Origin: a virus
Lineage: Duplodnaviria > Caudoviricetes
Reading direction: 5' to 3' (one strand)
Length of the DNA: 32,305 nt
Virus record (IMG/VR): IMGVR_UViG_3300001354_000016
Coordinates: 1-32,305 of that record
This document shows, in pieces, positions 1 to 8,055 of this stretch. The notes under the pieces are model-generated. The model ran no database searches. It was not told the DNA's origin and saw nothing but the letters and a program-made list of their open reading frames with translations. Positions within the stretch are counted from its first letter, which is position 1. Each line of letters opens with the position of its first letter. The position numbers and the translations under genes were made by a program.

Positions 1-301
1 TATTTCCTGGCAATCCAGACCAATCATCACTTGCTCTAAAAATGTATCCTTCTCCTTGTGCGTTTTCGTTCTGCACATGAACCAGCATATCATCTTCTGT
101 AACTTTTTCTGTAGTGTACCTGTAAACTACATTGTTAACTTCTAACCCTGCCGCTCTCGGCAAGACGTTTGACATCACCCAATTTAACCCTGCGTTAGCA
201 GCATTGTTTGATGTCGCATAAATTGTGTCTACTTCGCTAGATAAGGAGGAGGAGCAATAGACTAGCAACGCCACCAGCGCCCATGAGTGTCTTCGTGCCA
301 T
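1..301 (-). CDS. Secreted/exported hypothetical protein, 5' part only (runs off the window; not in ORF track)
   Basis: Manual translation from ATG at 301 gives MARRHSWALVALLVYCSSSLSSEVDTIYATSNNAANAGLNWVMSNVLPRAAGLEVNNVVYRY..., open to the window edge. Signal-peptide-like N-terminus, AGGGG upstream, overlaps the previous gene by 65 nt. Confidence 0.75.
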   Translation of the reverse strand, partial: MARRHSWALVALLVYCSSSLSSEVDTIYATSNNAANAGLNWVMSNVLPRAAGLEVNNVVYRYTTEKVTEDDMLVHVQNENAQGEGYIFRASDDWSGLPGN

Positions 302-803
302 CGCTTAACCCCTTCTCTTCGTCTTCAGTAGTTTCATCGTTCTTTGGTTCTAATTCTTTATTAACTGCCCAAGCAGCCTTAGCTTGATCTCCGATCAAAC
401 CCTCAAACGGACATGGTGTCCCTGCCATCAGCATCGCATCAAAGACTCGTTCGTCTTGGCACAACGTAGATACAGCAGCAACTTTCATGCCCATATCATA
501 TAGTGTCTTTGATAACTTAAGACGTTCACAGTTCGCATCAGTAATTTGAGATCCCATAGAGATACCCAAAATCTGAGTCTGAACAGCACCTGCCACACCA
601 AAGGTACAGAGGTCGCTGTTCGAAGTATTTATCGTAGGAGTGATTGCGGATGCGGGAGGGGATTTTAACGTTGTAGTTGTAGTTGTGTCTACAGTGCTAC
701 GAGTAGTAGAATCCGTTTTAATCGTGTCGTCGTCTATAATTGGTGCTTCTTCGGCAAATGCATAAAGTGACATTGTGCAGAGAAGCAGTAGTAAATACCG
801 CAT
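237..803 (-). CDS. Hypothetical exported/membrane-anchored protein
   Basis: N-terminal signal peptide (MRYLLLLLCTMSLYAFA), Thr-rich linker, four Cys in the mature region, C-terminal hydrophobic tail. GAGGA SD and TATAAATA upstream. Confidence 0.75.
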   Translation of the reverse strand: MRYLLLLLCTMSLYAFAEEAPIIDDDTIKTDSTTRSTVDTTTTTTLKSPPASAITPTINTSNSDLCTFGVAGAVQTQILGISMGSQITDANCERLKLSKTLYDMGMKVAAVSTLCQDERVFDAMLMAGTPCPFEGLIGDQAKAAWAVNKELEPKNDETTEDEEKGLSDGTKTLMGAGGVASLLLLLLI

Positions 804-829
804 CGTTCAATCCTCATATCTTGTACGAG

Positions 830-837
830 TATTTATA
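830..837 (-). promoter_or_regulatory. T4-type late promoter TATAAATA
   Basis: Exact gp55 consensus in the intergenic gap upstream of the SD of 237..803. Confidence 0.75.
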
Positions 838-848
838 ACGATGCGATA

Positions 849-1178
849 TTATATTTCAACTTTATCATTACTGCTAGGGGTTTTAGCACAGATAATTTCA
901 CAATCTGTTAAAAATTCTGGATCTGCTATCTCATAAGGTTCTATAACAAATATATCACCTTCAACAAGGGTTTCATTTTGTATGATCATTTTACCCCGAA
1001 TTAATAGATTTATTTCTGTTACTTCTGTGTGGTAGTGAGGTGCCCAGAATTCGCCTTTTTCATGTTTTCTGTAATTAACTTCAAAATCGGGTGTAGAATA
1101 TGCTGTTGGTTCAAAGTTACCTACAAACCAACCTTTATGCATATCTTCGATTCTAAATTTCTTCATATTTCTGAACAT
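849..1178 (-). CDS. Cupin-fold protein, probably sugar-nucleotide related
   Basis: HYHxxxxE cupin motif 1, GD..VI.P motif 2, KGWFVGNFEP N-terminus; coupled to the NTP-transferase. Alternative start at 1166. Confidence 0.7.
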   Translation of the reverse strand: MFRNMKKFRIEDMHKGWFVGNFEPTAYSTPDFEVNYRKHEKGEFWAPHYHTEVTEINLLIRGKMIIQNETLVEGDIFVIEPYEIADPEFLTDCEIICAKTPSSNDKVEI

Positions 1179-1857
1179 CCTCTGGTGTACCTAACGGAAT
1201 GTAAGTCTCATTACGTACATGATATTGATATATGTCACCGTCTAAAAAATTAAACGACTCACTTATATAGGATTCTTTTATGCCATTTTCTTTAAACGAA
1301 GACATAAGTTTATGAGCACTATCAACAAAATCTTTACCTCGTTTCCAGTAATGAAATCCTATAAGAGCAGCGTTAGAAACGGGTTTCTTTTCTACCAAAG
1401 AAGTGACTTTGCAACCTTCCACGATAGCAAAACTGTTTTTTGGATCTGTACTAGTGTAGGTGACTACTAAGGAATGAGGGTCTTTTTTGTAAAGGAAAGT
1501 GAGGAAATTCTCCACGTTCCATTTAATTAATTGATCACAGTTGAATACCACAAGGGGTTCATCATTATCAATGTAATCCTTTGCTTGTAACACTGTCTCA
1601 ACTGCGCCACTGGTTACCGAATCAATTTGTATTTGTTTAGATTCTGGTCTAATACTAATCAATTTTTCAGATAAAATTTTATCGTAAGAATTATTATTTT
1701 TTCGAGTGATAAAAATATATGTTCCATTAACATCAAAACTATTAACGGAATGTTCAATTAAAGAAAGACCTTTTACCTTTATAAGAGGTTTAGGAATATG
1801 AATTCCAGCATTCGTGAATCTAGATCCTGCTCCTGCCATCGGTATCACAATGTTCAT
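1153..1857 (-). CDS. Sugar-phosphate nucleotidyltransferase (NTP_transferase/GT-A fold)
   Basis: IVIPMAGAGSRF...PKPLI signature, NCDQ, EKK, LGTPED. Confidence 0.85.
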   Translation of the reverse strand: MNIVIPMAGAGSRFTNAGIHIPKPLIKVKGLSLIEHSVNSFDVNGTYIFITRKNNNSYDKILSEKLISIRPESKQIQIDSVTSGAVETVLQAKDYIDNDEPLVVFNCDQLIKWNVENFLTFLYKKDPHSLVVTYTSTDPKNSFAIVEGCKVTSLVEKKPVSNAALIGFHYWKRGKDFVDSAHKLMSSFKENGIKESYISESFNFLDGDIYQYHVRNETYIPLGTPEDVQKYEEI

Positions 1858-1862
1858 AACGA

Positions 1863-2582
1863 TTAAGTCTTTACCAATATCCCTTCACCAAAAATCGCAC
1901 ACTCTTGTGAACCAGACGATGCTTTCATCTGCAACTGAATGTCCGTTTTTTCGGAGTATTTGAAAGGATTGGTTCGATAGATGTTGAACGTATTGTGAAA
2001 TGCAAGTTCTGCAACCTTCAGTATAACGCCAGAGGGCAACTGAACAAAGTTACGGAAGAATGCAGTTCTCTCGTTTGGATTAGTACCAGTTTCGGCAGTG
2101 AACCCGTTGAGTCGAGTGAGATGAAACTCACATCCAGCAGGAACAGTGTAGATGGATGCCTGATTACGACCTGTACCTGCAAGCATCTTTGCGACTACAT
2201 CGCTGGTGCTTGTTTGTACGATAGTGACATTACCTGTACAATTACCTGCGATGGTGATCACATCATTGACTCTGAGGAATTCAGAATTCGTTGTCTGATC
2301 GGTTACAATAAGACCGTTGAGAACAACAACCTCAGAGATGTCATTATAGTCGGCATCGAGTCCAATGATCTTGATTGTGGCAGTATCTGCTGCCGCTGTC
2401 TGTACATCGAGTTGAACAGCGACAGTTGGATACGTGTATACGGTTGCATTTTCCCACAAAGGGACAAAGTCGCTATCTGGAGTAGTGGGTTGCACACCAA
2501 AAATATTTCGGATAGAAGTGTTCAACACTCGCCCTTGCGCAATTGCAACGTTTTCGCTATTTAAATACCGACTGACTGCCAT
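1863..2582 (-). CDS. Hypothetical beta-rich protein, possibly virion-associated
   Basis: 239 aa ORF rich in Thr/Val/Ile/Ala, in the late block; no catalytic motif recognised. Confidence 0.6.
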   Translation of the reverse strand: MAVSRYLNSENVAIAQGRVLNTSIRNIFGVQPTTPDSDFVPLWENATVYTYPTVAVQLDVQTAAADTATIKIIGLDADYNDISEVVVLNGLIVTDQTTNSEFLRVNDVITIAGNCTGNVTIVQTSTSDVVAKMLAGTGRNQASIYTVPAGCEFHLTRLNGFTAETGTNPNERTAFFRNFVQLPSGVILKVAELAFHNTFNIYRTNPFKYSEKTDIQLQMKASSGSQECAIFGEGILVKT

Positions 2583-2923
2583 TAATCTTTCTTCCTACTC
2601 CCGACAGCATCCGCTGCGAAGAAGGCAGAGACAAGTACGGCGATTGATGCAAAGTATGTTGGAGCAATGTCAGCAATCAATTTTGCTGCTTGGTCCAACC
2701 CAAACATATCAGTAAGGAAAATTCCAAACGGATATAACAATAAACCGATCAACGAGAACCACGCCATCTTACGAATGGCGTCACGTTGAGCATCTGCATC
2801 TTCAAGTTCTTTTCGTTTGAATTCTAAATCCAAATGCGCTTCGATCTCATCCATAGAAACATGACCGTCGCCGTTCTTGTCTGCTGCTTCAAGTGCTTCG
2901 TCTACCGTCTTCTTGGCAGCCAT
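2582..2923 (-). CDS. EF-hand plus two-transmembrane small membrane protein (holin-like topology)
   Basis: Canonical 12-residue EF loop DKNGDGHVSMDE, two hydrophobic segments, basic C-terminus (SRKKD). Confidence 0.65.
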   Translation of the reverse strand: MAAKKTVDEALEAADKNGDGHVSMDEIEAHLDLEFKRKELEDADAQRDAIRKMAWFSLIGLLLYPFGIFLTDMFGLDQAAKLIADIAPTYFASIAVLVSAFFAADAVGSRKKD

Positions 2924-3159
2924 TATAGTTCTTCAGAATTATGTGGATCGATTTCTGATTCATAATAATGTTTTACTTCTTCATCAGTCAATTCATATTC
3001 TGCGGAAGGTGCTTCTGTTAACGTTTGCGGGTTGTGATGCAAAGGCGCAACAGGTGCTGCTTCTACAACAGGTGCAGGTGCAGGCGCTGGTGCTTTTACC
3101 CACTGCCCTGTTTGTGGATCTAACCACGCTTTTTTCTTTTCAGACCATTTAAGTGTCAT
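2923..3159 (-). CDS. Hypothetical protein with Ala/Pro linker
   Basis: 78 aa, APAPAPAP repeat, coupled by stop/start overlaps on both sides. Confidence 0.6.
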   Translation of the reverse strand: MTLKWSEKKKAWLDPQTGQWVKAPAPAPAPVVEAAPVAPLHHNPQTLTEAPSAEYELTDEEVKHYYESEIDPHNSEEL

Positions 3160-4160
3160 TAGTATGCTCCTTCTTTGCCAGTTGTCGATGTCACTGCACC
3201 TTTAACCGGATTTACAATTTTAGTATCGCCTTTACGATTATCTCCTTTGCGAGCAGGCGCTTGTTTTGCAGTAGCACGACCTGCTTTAGTAGCATCTTCG
3301 TGACTCTTTTCCTCTCGATCGTCTTTTTCTTTGCTTACTGTGGCAAGCATATCACGTGCACCTTTGGATGACATACTTTTGTCATTTAGACCTTCGTGAT
3401 CAGATTTTCCATGAGCAGATTTTTTACCAGTAGACAATTTCTCAGAAAAAGTTTCTACTTCGTTTGCTGCAACACCGAATTGTACTTCGGTATCAAACAA
3501 AATGTCTAATGTTCCATCTTCGTTTTCTGATATGATTTCTCCATATCCATATTTGTCGTGCATTACTGCTTCTTTGGGTACACAGTTAGGAACCATTTTG
3601 CCACCTTTCTTTTTCATTCCGACCATTTTGTGAGAATCCCAGCAAGGGTCGTCGTCTTCATTTGCCTTTTGCAGTGCTTTGGATACACGTGGGTTATCAG
3701 CAAGACCTTTTTTCATCTTATTAATTTTCTTATATGCTTTCGTCATCTGCCCAGAACTTTTCTTAGCAATTTTTATTGCAGAAGACACACCTTCTTCAAC
3801 CCCTTCTTCGACTTCTTCTTTCGCTGCTTTCTTCGCGTCAAGGTCTCGTCTTGCCGCTTTCGTCAAGATCTGACCTTTAGTAGATGCTTTTAATCCACAA
3901 GAAGATTCATATGCTTCGTGAGTGCCTTTACCATCGCAATGATCGCAACCTTTGCCATCGCACTTGGGGCAAACTTTTGCTTCGTCTTTCATTGCTTTTT
4001 TAATTGCTTTACGACGATTATGGAGATACTCATCAGAAGAATCTGTATCACCATCGTTATCGATGTCAGCATCCGCTTTTCCGACAGGATCCATTTTCCT
4101 TTTCTTTTCAACAACATCCTGCCATGCCGCGAAAACGCTATCGATAATTTTCCTATCCAT
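3159..4160 (-). CDS. Modular Lys/Glu-rich hypothetical protein (putative internal head protein)
   Basis: DADIDNDGD loop, CPKCDGKGCDHCDGKG Zn-finger, PCW...VPNCVP module, V.H.KYG.G SH3-like module; modules separated by xE/EE sites. Confidence 0.7.
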   Translation of the reverse strand: MDRKIIDSVFAAWQDVVEKKRKMDPVGKADADIDNDGDTDSSDEYLHNRRKAIKKAMKDEAKVCPKCDGKGCDHCDGKGTHEAYESSCGLKASTKGQILTKAARRDLDAKKAAKEEVEEGVEEGVSSAIKIAKKSSGQMTKAYKKINKMKKGLADNPRVSKALQKANEDDDPCWDSHKMVGMKKKGGKMVPNCVPKEAVMHDKYGYGEIISENEDGTLDILFDTEVQFGVAANEVETFSEKLSTGKKSAHGKSDHEGLNDKSMSSKGARDMLATVSKEKDDREEKSHEDATKAGRATAKQAPARKGDNRKGDTKIVNPVKGAVTSTTGKEGAY

Positions 4161-4172
4161 TGTAACAGTCCT

Positions 4173-4448
4173 TTATAAAAGTTCTCTAAAATGAGTAACA
4201 AGTGCGGTAATAACACCAGCACCAATTAACCACATTACTTTTGATATAACATTCATGCGTTCTCGCATGGATATTACATGAGCATCAACATCGTCTAGTT
4301 TCTTAGACATTCTGTTGAGTCGTTCGTGTCCTTCAGCACGTCTTGTCTCAAGGTCAGCAATCTTTTCTTCTACTCTTGCCATGCCAACTATAACATCAGC
4401 AAGTTTGTCGAGTTTTTCCTCGATCCTTTGTAATCGATCTTCGTTCAT
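4173..4448 (-). CDS. Coiled-coil protein with C-terminal TM helix (XhlA/holin-like topology)
   Basis: Heptad pattern RLQRIEEKLDKL..., C-terminal hydrophobic WLIGAGVITALV. Confidence 0.6.
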   Translation of the reverse strand: MNEDRLQRIEEKLDKLADVIVGMARVEEKIADLETRRAEGHERLNRMSKKLDDVDAHVISMRERMNVISKVMWLIGAGVITALVTHFRELL

Positions 4449-4477
4449 CTGTTCCCATCCTATGTAAAGTTATTACG

Positions 4478-4939
4478 TTACCACGCCTTACATGACCAAT
4501 ATTTCGCTTTATCTTTTGGTCCAGGAGAGTCACAGTTGTGTCTCGCTCTAAACGATTTACGACGAGCAGGAATATGTTTCTTGATCGTCATGTTCTTATC
4601 GCCAAAATTTACTTTTGTTGCTTTTCCGTCACCATCTGGGTCTACGTAGACCTTAGACTTTTTTACATCACCTGCCGAGGGTTTGTTTAGTGTCACTTTC
4701 TTCCCTTGGTAGGTTGCCTCTTTATTAAGTTTATCTAACTCTCTTTTATAGAGAAGGTCGTCTAGTTTTTTCTTGGTGGCAGCTTTTTTCGGGTCATATT
4801 TCATATCACCGCTGCCTTGCGGTTTATTACGAAACTTGTCTATCGATTTTAGTTTTCTTTTTTTAGTCGCGCCAATTTTCATCTTAGGCAAGTACTTAGA
4901 ACTACCGGCAGTCTCATCAAAAGTCTTAAACCTAATCAT
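4478..4939 (-). CDS. Basic hypothetical protein with capsid-targeting-like N-terminus
   Basis: Starts MIRFKTFDE; C-terminal V.FG...RRKSFRARHNC...YWSC..W domain of a type seen in viral hypothetical proteins. Confidence 0.7.
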   Translation of the reverse strand: MIRFKTFDETAGSSKYLPKMKIGATKKRKLKSIDKFRNKPQGSGDMKYDPKKAATKKKLDDLLYKRELDKLNKEATYQGKKVTLNKPSAGDVKKSKVYVDPDGDGKATKVNFGDKNMTIKKHIPARRKSFRARHNCDSPGPKDKAKYWSCKAW

Positions 4940-6294
4940 TTATATGTCTTCCTAAAATGATTAGCAGCGGCGGTTACGCCATCGTGTCCTTTATCTCGGA
5001 TTAAATTCATAACTGCTGCTTTCTTCCCTAAAGGAAGTCTTTTGTGCAGATCAACAGCGTGTTGTAAATCTTTGTGCGCCATTTCTTTAGACTTACCGTT
5101 AATCTTAACTTTAACTTTTCTTCCACCCAAAGAAGGATGACTGGCATCTGCTGCTTTCGCTAATGTTTTATGAACAGCATCATGTTTGTCGTTCTTACCG
5201 ATCTCAAAACTTAATGCCTTAGCACTCTTTTGCTGATTTGCAGTCCAGTCTCCTCCGGAAGATTTAGTACCTTTAGATGGACCACGACGAGCGCCACGCT
5301 TTGCTTGATTTGCTGCCTTACGTTTTGCAAGTTCTGCTCGGTCCTTGGCGGTCAATTCAGATATAAAGGTAGTAAAGGTTTTAAGATTAACAGATTCTTC
5401 ATTAGCATTCTTCATCATGTTTTTTAAACGAGCAAGTTTGTCTAACTCAGAAGGTTTGATTTTTGCTTTCTTTTCCTTATCTCTGATACGATCTACTGAT
5501 TTGCCATATTCTTTTGATGATTCTTTCTTGATAGGTTTCCGTTGATTCCTCATGCGAGCAAATGATTTTTCGCGATCATACTCTGCTTCCGCTTCTTTGT
5601 ACTTTGCTGAACTACCTTTACCAATAGGTGTCGGCGCTTTTCTCCATGCTTCATCAACAGGTTCTTCAGAGACATTCTTACCTCTACCATGCTTAACGAG
5701 GTATGAACCAGATGTGTCTTTATGAACAACGCCATTATGTGCCTTGGCGTGACTGTATGCAGTATTCTTATCAAATTTACCCGCATTGCCTTTGTCCCGA
5801 CCCTTCTCGCCTTTACCGCCTATGTAACCTTCTTCTTGTGTGGTTTCTTCCCTTTTTTGTTGCGCTTTTTTACGAGCAAATTCTTTATCTTTCTGGTACT
5901 CTGCTTCTGCCTCTTTATATTTTGCAGACTTAGCGAGCGATGCGCGAGACTTAAAAGGATCAGGACGATATCGAAAAGATTCTCCATGAATCTTACGGCC
6001 GTCAGTTCTGTGTACCGTTGCTTTGTCACCGACCCTATTGACTTTGTTTACACGATCAGCATACTTCTTTGCACCAGCTGATGAGGGATGATAATGCTTG
6101 ATCTTCCTAGTACCGTCTTTTTTCTTAACGACAACAACATGTCCTGGCTTGTCAGTAAAGTCGCGCGGATCCATCGTTTCTTGCTGAACGATAGCGTCGT
6201 CGTGCTTGACCTTACGGAATTTAATCTTTCCGGTTGCTGGGTCTCTAAATTTGACCATTTTATAATCCGCCGATTTTGCTGTTTCGTTTTTCAT
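4936..6294 (-). CDS. Very basic modular protein (putative internal head polyprotein)
   Basis: 452 aa, Lys/Arg-rich, internal repeat SAKYKEAEAEY x2, internal LKTFTTFISE; late promoter 5 nt upstream of ATG. Confidence 0.7.
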   Translation of the reverse strand: MKNETAKSADYKMVKFRDPATGKIKFRKVKHDDAIVQQETMDPRDFTDKPGHVVVVKKKDGTRKIKHYHPSSAGAKKYADRVNKVNRVGDKATVHRTDGRKIHGESFRYRPDPFKSRASLAKSAKYKEAEAEYQKDKEFARKKAQQKREETTQEEGYIGGKGEKGRDKGNAGKFDKNTAYSHAKAHNGVVHKDTSGSYLVKHGRGKNVSEEPVDEAWRKAPTPIGKGSSAKYKEAEAEYDREKSFARMRNQRKPIKKESSKEYGKSVDRIRDKEKKAKIKPSELDKLARLKNMMKNANEESVNLKTFTTFISELTAKDRAELAKRKAANQAKRGARRGPSKGTKSSGGDWTANQQKSAKALSFEIGKNDKHDAVHKTLAKAADASHPSLGGRKVKVKINGKSKEMAHKDLQHAVDLHKRLPLGKKAAVMNLIRDKGHDGVTAAANHFRKTYK

Positions 6295-6298
6295 AGAT

Positions 6299-7519
6299 TT
6301 ATTTATAATTTTTCTTATGTTTGCTATAACCTTTCTTTGCTTCTTTCTTTTTGTCAGGTTCTACTTTTGCTTTATTAAACTTGTGAGCGTTTTTAGCAAC
6401 AGGATTACGCGGATTCCAAGGACGATCATATGTCGCTTCATTTTTATCAGGTGTTTTAACAACAGATTGACGATTTAGCTTGCGCGCACGCGCCAACCTA
6501 GCGCGGTCAAGCATCCTGTCGTGCTTATTCGCATCGACCTTTTTCTCTCTGTCGATCTTATTCTTCGCCATCTTGACTGGATCAATTGCATCAACGAGTT
6601 CTAATTCTTCTTCTGCTTGTCCAGGCGTAACTTTTTTTGCTTTTTTGGTTGATTCGGGTGTGCCCCACTCGGGTTGGTCTTTATACCAACGATCAGTTTT
6701 TTCAAAAAAGATTCCATCTAACCACTGACGAGTAACCTTACCTTCGTCTAAAGCAACGATTACGTAGTTGGCACCAAGTCTGTAGATGTATCCCGACTTA
6801 CCATTCTCTTTTACTATAACTCTATCGCCTGGTTCGAACAACTCACCATTTATATACTTCTCTCTAGTTTTGCTGACAGTACCTAAATCAACATGCTGTT
6901 TAAAATCTGTTGCTTCGCGCATTCCCATGCCAGAACGAATATCGTTAAATAATCTTTTCGTTTCAGCGCTTGACATTTTAGAAGGAACGCCTTGTAAGAA
7001 CGCAGTAAAATTATTATTAGCAGCGTTTTGTCTTTGTTTTGACGCCGACATTCCTTCGACTCCTTCGGAATCAGGATCTCTTGCTCCTGCAGAAACAACT
7101 CGGATTCGTTCAAAATTATAGAATCCATGCTTACCTTTTACTGAGTTATACTTGTTCAACAAAGTTTGAAATTCTATTACTCGATCGTCTCCGACAACCA
7201 TAGTAATTTTTTTAAAACCTTGATCATACAAATTAGAAGCAGCGTCAAACACGTTCTTGATTTTTTTGTTGAGAATAATGTTTCTCGCATGTTTAGGAAA
7301 CATTTTTCTGACGTGTTTAATTTTTTGCTGATAGATTAGGGGATTTTTTTTCTTGTCTTGCGATTGAGACAAATATATTTTATACGGATTTTTACCTGCT
7401 TTTCTTGAAAGCACGAATAATAATTTTTCGTGCCCAATAGTAGGCGGGTTCATTCTTCCGAATGTAAAAAATATCTCACGTTCTTCTTCGATGAGATATT
7501 GTTTAAATGAGGGTATCAT
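6299..7519 (-). CDS. HIGH-superfamily nucleotidyltransferase (phage 'cytidyltransferase', NMNAT-like) with C-terminal extensions
   Basis: FTFGRMNPPTIGHEKL (T/HxGH), KNPL, MVVGDDR, GMSASKQR (SxT/SxxR-like); N-terminus MIPSFKQYLIEE. Confidence 0.8.
   Translation of the reverse strand: MIPSFKQYLIEEEREIFFTFGRMNPPTIGHEKLLFVLSRKAGKNPYKIYLSQSQDKKKNPLIYQQKIKHVRKMFPKHARNIILNKKIKNVFDAASNLYDQGFKKITMVVGDDRVIEFQTLLNKYNSVKGKHGFYNFERIRVVSAGARDPDSEGVEGMSASKQRQNAANNNFTAFLQGVPSKMSSAETKRLFNDIRSGMGMREATDFKQHVDLGTVSKTREKYINGELFEPGDRVIVKENGKSGYIYRLGANYVIVALDEGKVTRQWLDGIFFEKTDRWYKDQPEWGTPESTKKAKKVTPGQAEEELELVDAIDPVKMAKNKIDREKKVDANKHDRMLDRARLARARKLNRQSVVKTPDKNEATYDRPWNPRNPVAKNAHKFNKAKVEPDKKKEAKKGYSKHKKNYK
6300..6307 (-). 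promoter_or_regulatory. T4-type late promoter TATAAATA
   Basis: Exact consensus formed by the TAT AAA TAA (YK*) end of the upstream gene. Confidence 0.7.
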
Positions 7520-8053
7520 CTATTTCTCGCTTTTTTTCGACCTTCTGTCTCTTTCTAATTTACGTACGACAGGAATGTTTTTCTTTGACATTCTGTCTAT
7601 ACGCCCTTTCATTTTATCCAAACGTTTTTCAATTTCTTGTCTGCGTTGAAATGGTAATTCGTTTTTTGACTTGCCTTTAGAAAGTTTTTTGAACAGGGTA
7701 GTTCGGGCGAGTTTGCGAGCGCGTTTTAATAATTTTTCTGGACTTGCTGACCTACGTTTTGCTTTTGCTCTGCCGACAGCAATCTTTGCTTTATATTTTC
7801 TCATTGAACGAGCGCGTTGTTTGCGTTGCTGAAATGTTAACGCTTCGTTTGTCTCGGTTTCACATGTACAACAGTTACAAGGGTCGCATTGGCAGGTCTG
7901 CCCTGCATTAATTTTTGCACAATCACAACAAATCGGACAACATCCAGTGTTTTCACCGAGTCTACGGCGTTTTTGGACCATATAATTAATATGATCGTCC
8001 ATTCCTGGACGCCGCTCTACCATAACAAAATCTTTGAATGACATTGGTGCCAT
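7520..8053 (-). CDS. Basic protein with Cys-rich insert, capsid-targeting-like N-terminus
   Basis: Starts M(APM)SFKDFVMVE; 11 Cys in residues 38-64; Arg/Lys-rich helical C-terminal domain starting EALTFQQRKQRAR. Confidence 0.7.
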   Translation of the reverse strand: MAPMSFKDFVMVERRPGMDDHINYMVQKRRRLGENTGCCPICCDCAKINAGQTCQCDPCNCCTCETETNEALTFQQRKQRARSMRKYKAKIAVGRAKAKRRSASPEKLLKRARKLARTTLFKKLSKGKSKNELPFQRRQEIEKRLDKMKGRIDRMSKKNIPVVRKLERDRRSKKSEK

Positions 8054-8055
8054 TA

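Noticed and set aside
6299-7519. Calling this a known NAD reconstitution pathway (NARP1/NARP2)
   Set aside because: No NAMPT-, Namat- or PRPP-synthetase-like partner in the window; the substrate of the transferase is unknown.
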